Of a stretch of 64,000 nt of DNA, positions 62,556-64,000 are shown piece after piece. The notes below the pieces were generated by a model. That model was given only the letters and a program-made list of their open reading frames with translations. It was not told the origin of the DNA and made no database searches. This DNA comes from Candidatus Latescibacterota bacterium (lineage in GTDB: Bacteria; Latescibacterota; UBA2968; UBA8231). A program made the position numbers and the translations under genes. Position 1 is the first letter of the stretch. Each line of letters starts with the position of its first letter. Location of the stretch: positions 2,336,001 to 2,400,000 of the forward strand of contig OZ242318.1 of NCBI GenBank assembly GCA_965208105.1, written 5' to 3'.

Positions 62556-64000
62556 ATGAAAAGAACACACTCGACCCACGAAGCCCCCAGAAAGGCCACG
62601 GATCTGCCGGCGGCGTTGGAAAACATAAACGGCCACGTCCTCGACGACGCCATTCTGAAGAAGCTGGTGGACCCCGACGTCTACTACGAATTCGCTCGTT
62701 GCCGGGCAACCGGAGTGGCAATGGACAGATATTCGGCGAACGAGCTCGCCAAGTCCATCCGGGAGTGGGCACAGTCGAAAGGATGCATCGGCTACTCCCA
62801 CTGGTTTTCGCCGATCCGAGGACCGATTCACGGCGAGAATCTCGAAACCTTCGTTGGGGTGGACTTCGAAACGGATAGGCTCGTCATCGACCTCACCGGC
62901 CGCGAGCTGTTTCAGACGGAGACCGATGGGTCGTCCTTCCCCAACGGTGGACTGCGTGAAACCCACGAGGCGGCAGCCTACATCGGCTGGGACACGGGTT
63001 CCCCCCCCTTCGTTTACCGGCAAACCCTGTACATCCCGTCCTCCTTCGTCTCCTGGACCGGCGAAGCCCTGGATCAGAAGACGCCGCTGTTGCGAGCGGA
63101 CCTAGCGCTCAGCGAGCAGAGTGTGCGACTGCTGCATCACCTGGGCGAGACCGAGTTGACCGAGGTCGTCTGCAATGTCGGGTGGGAACAGGAATTCTTT
63201 TTGATCGATCGGGAAAAGTACCTAGCGCGGCCCGATCTGGTGGCTACCGGGCGCACCCTGTTGGGCGCCACGCCGTTCCGCGGCCAGGAACAGTCGACCA
63301 ACTATTTCTCGAGAATGTCTCCGCGGGTAAATCGATACATCGCCGAGGCGAGAGAGAAGATGTGGGAACTGGGCATTTCGATTCGCTGCACCCACAACGA
63401 GGTGGCGCCTTCGCAGCACGAAATTTCTCCCATCTTCAATCTCGCCAATCTGGCAGCGGACACCAACGTCTTGGCGATGGACGTACTTCGCGACCTGGCT
63501 TTTGATCACGGCCTCGTGGCCCTCTTCCACGAGAAACCCTTTGCCGGCATCAACGGCAGCGGCAAGCACAACAACTGGGGGCTGAATACGGACACCGGCG
63601 CCAATCTGTTCGTGCCGGGAGAAACGGAGCACGAGAACCGGCGCTTCGCCGCCTTCGTGGCGGCGCTGCTCCGAGGCGTAAACGAGCACGGCGACCTGCT
63701 GCGATGCGGCGTATCCACCGCCGGCAACGACCATCGCCTCGGCGCCCAGGAGGCGCCCCCGGCGATCATTACCCTGCATCTGGGCCGCCACCTGGAAGAG
63801 CACATGAAGAACGTGGCCAGGGGCGGGCCGATCACCGGATACGGCACCGAGGCCAAGAAGATTGCCGTGTCGGCGCCAGTGGCCGACATCCGGGCCAATC
63901 TGGAGGACCGCAACCGCACCGCGCCTTTCCCTTGGTGCGGCAACCGTTTCGAGTTCCGCGCGGTGGGCGGCAACCAGCACATCGCCTTTCCCCTCACCAT
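62556..64000 (+). CDS. glnN: Glutamine synthetase type III (partial; runs off the window; absent from the ORF track)
   Basis: ATG after AAGGAG; HWFSP, ETDGSSFPNGGLR, GWEQEFF, HNEVAPSQHE, HEKPFAGINGSGKHNNW, NDHRLGAQEAPP, DRNRTAPF..GNRFEFR. Confidence 0.95.
   Translation, partial: MKRTHSTHEAPRKATDLPAALENINGHVLDDAILKKLVDPDVYYEFARCRATGVAMDRYSANELAKSIREWAQSKGCIGYSHWFSPIRGPIHGENLETFVGVDFETDRLVIDLTGRELFQTETDGSSFPNGGLRETHEAAAYIGWDTGSPPFVYRQTLYIPSSFVSWTGEALDQKTPLLRADLALSEQSVRLLHHLGETELTEVVCNVGWEQEFFLIDREKYLARPDLVATGRTLLGATPFRGQEQSTNYFSRMSPRVNRYIAEAREKMWELGISIRCTHNEVAPSQHEISPIFNLANLAADTNVLAMDVLRDLAFDHGLVALFHEKPFAGINGSGKHNNWGLNTDTGANLFVPGETEHENRRFAAFVAALLRGVNEHGDLLRCGVSTAGNDHRLGAQEAPPAIITLHLGRHLEEHMKNVARGGPITGYGTEAKKIAVSAPVADIRANLEDRNRTAPFPWCGNRFEFRAVGGNQHIAFPLT

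Overview
Bacterial chromosomal window of mostly core genes. The lineage is probably FCB superphylum / Ca. Latescibacterota-like; this is inferred from gene order, the group II GGGP synthase and a C-terminal 'TAVE..SWG.IK' protein, and was not tested. The window opens in the 3' part of an rRNA operon (23S, 5S). A long + strand housekeeping block follows: EF-G2, yebC, ruvCAB, tsaB, a sugar ABC ATPase, holB, rsmA, an outer-membrane (OM) protein, ilvE, peptide ABC genes, tadA, three tRNAs, a large Alu-type SRP RNA, dnaX, recR, pgsA, pgpA, recA, recX, alaS, GGGP synthase, ptsH, ptsI and metK. Next come a lipoprotein/beta-barrel pair, clpB, degP, a TMTC-like glycosyltransferase divergent from a GH78-like protein with eroded catalytic motifs, hemH, a DNRLRE secreted protein, copA, catabolic genes, acnA and a UbiD decarboxylase. 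After tRNA-Glu lies a decayed island (integrase pseudogene, two nested IS3-like remnants, a group II intron 3' end) and a type III glutamine synthetase that runs off the window. Main highlights: an A9 / A-AAA-AAG recoding site in dnaX, a Bacillus-type large SRP RNA, a two-copy ~165-bp MITE, a candidate C-terminal sorting signal, an uncharacterised OM lipoprotein-barrel pair, a candidate sigma54 promoter for clpB, and nested mobile-element debris. All calls come from motif recognition by eye; no searches were run.
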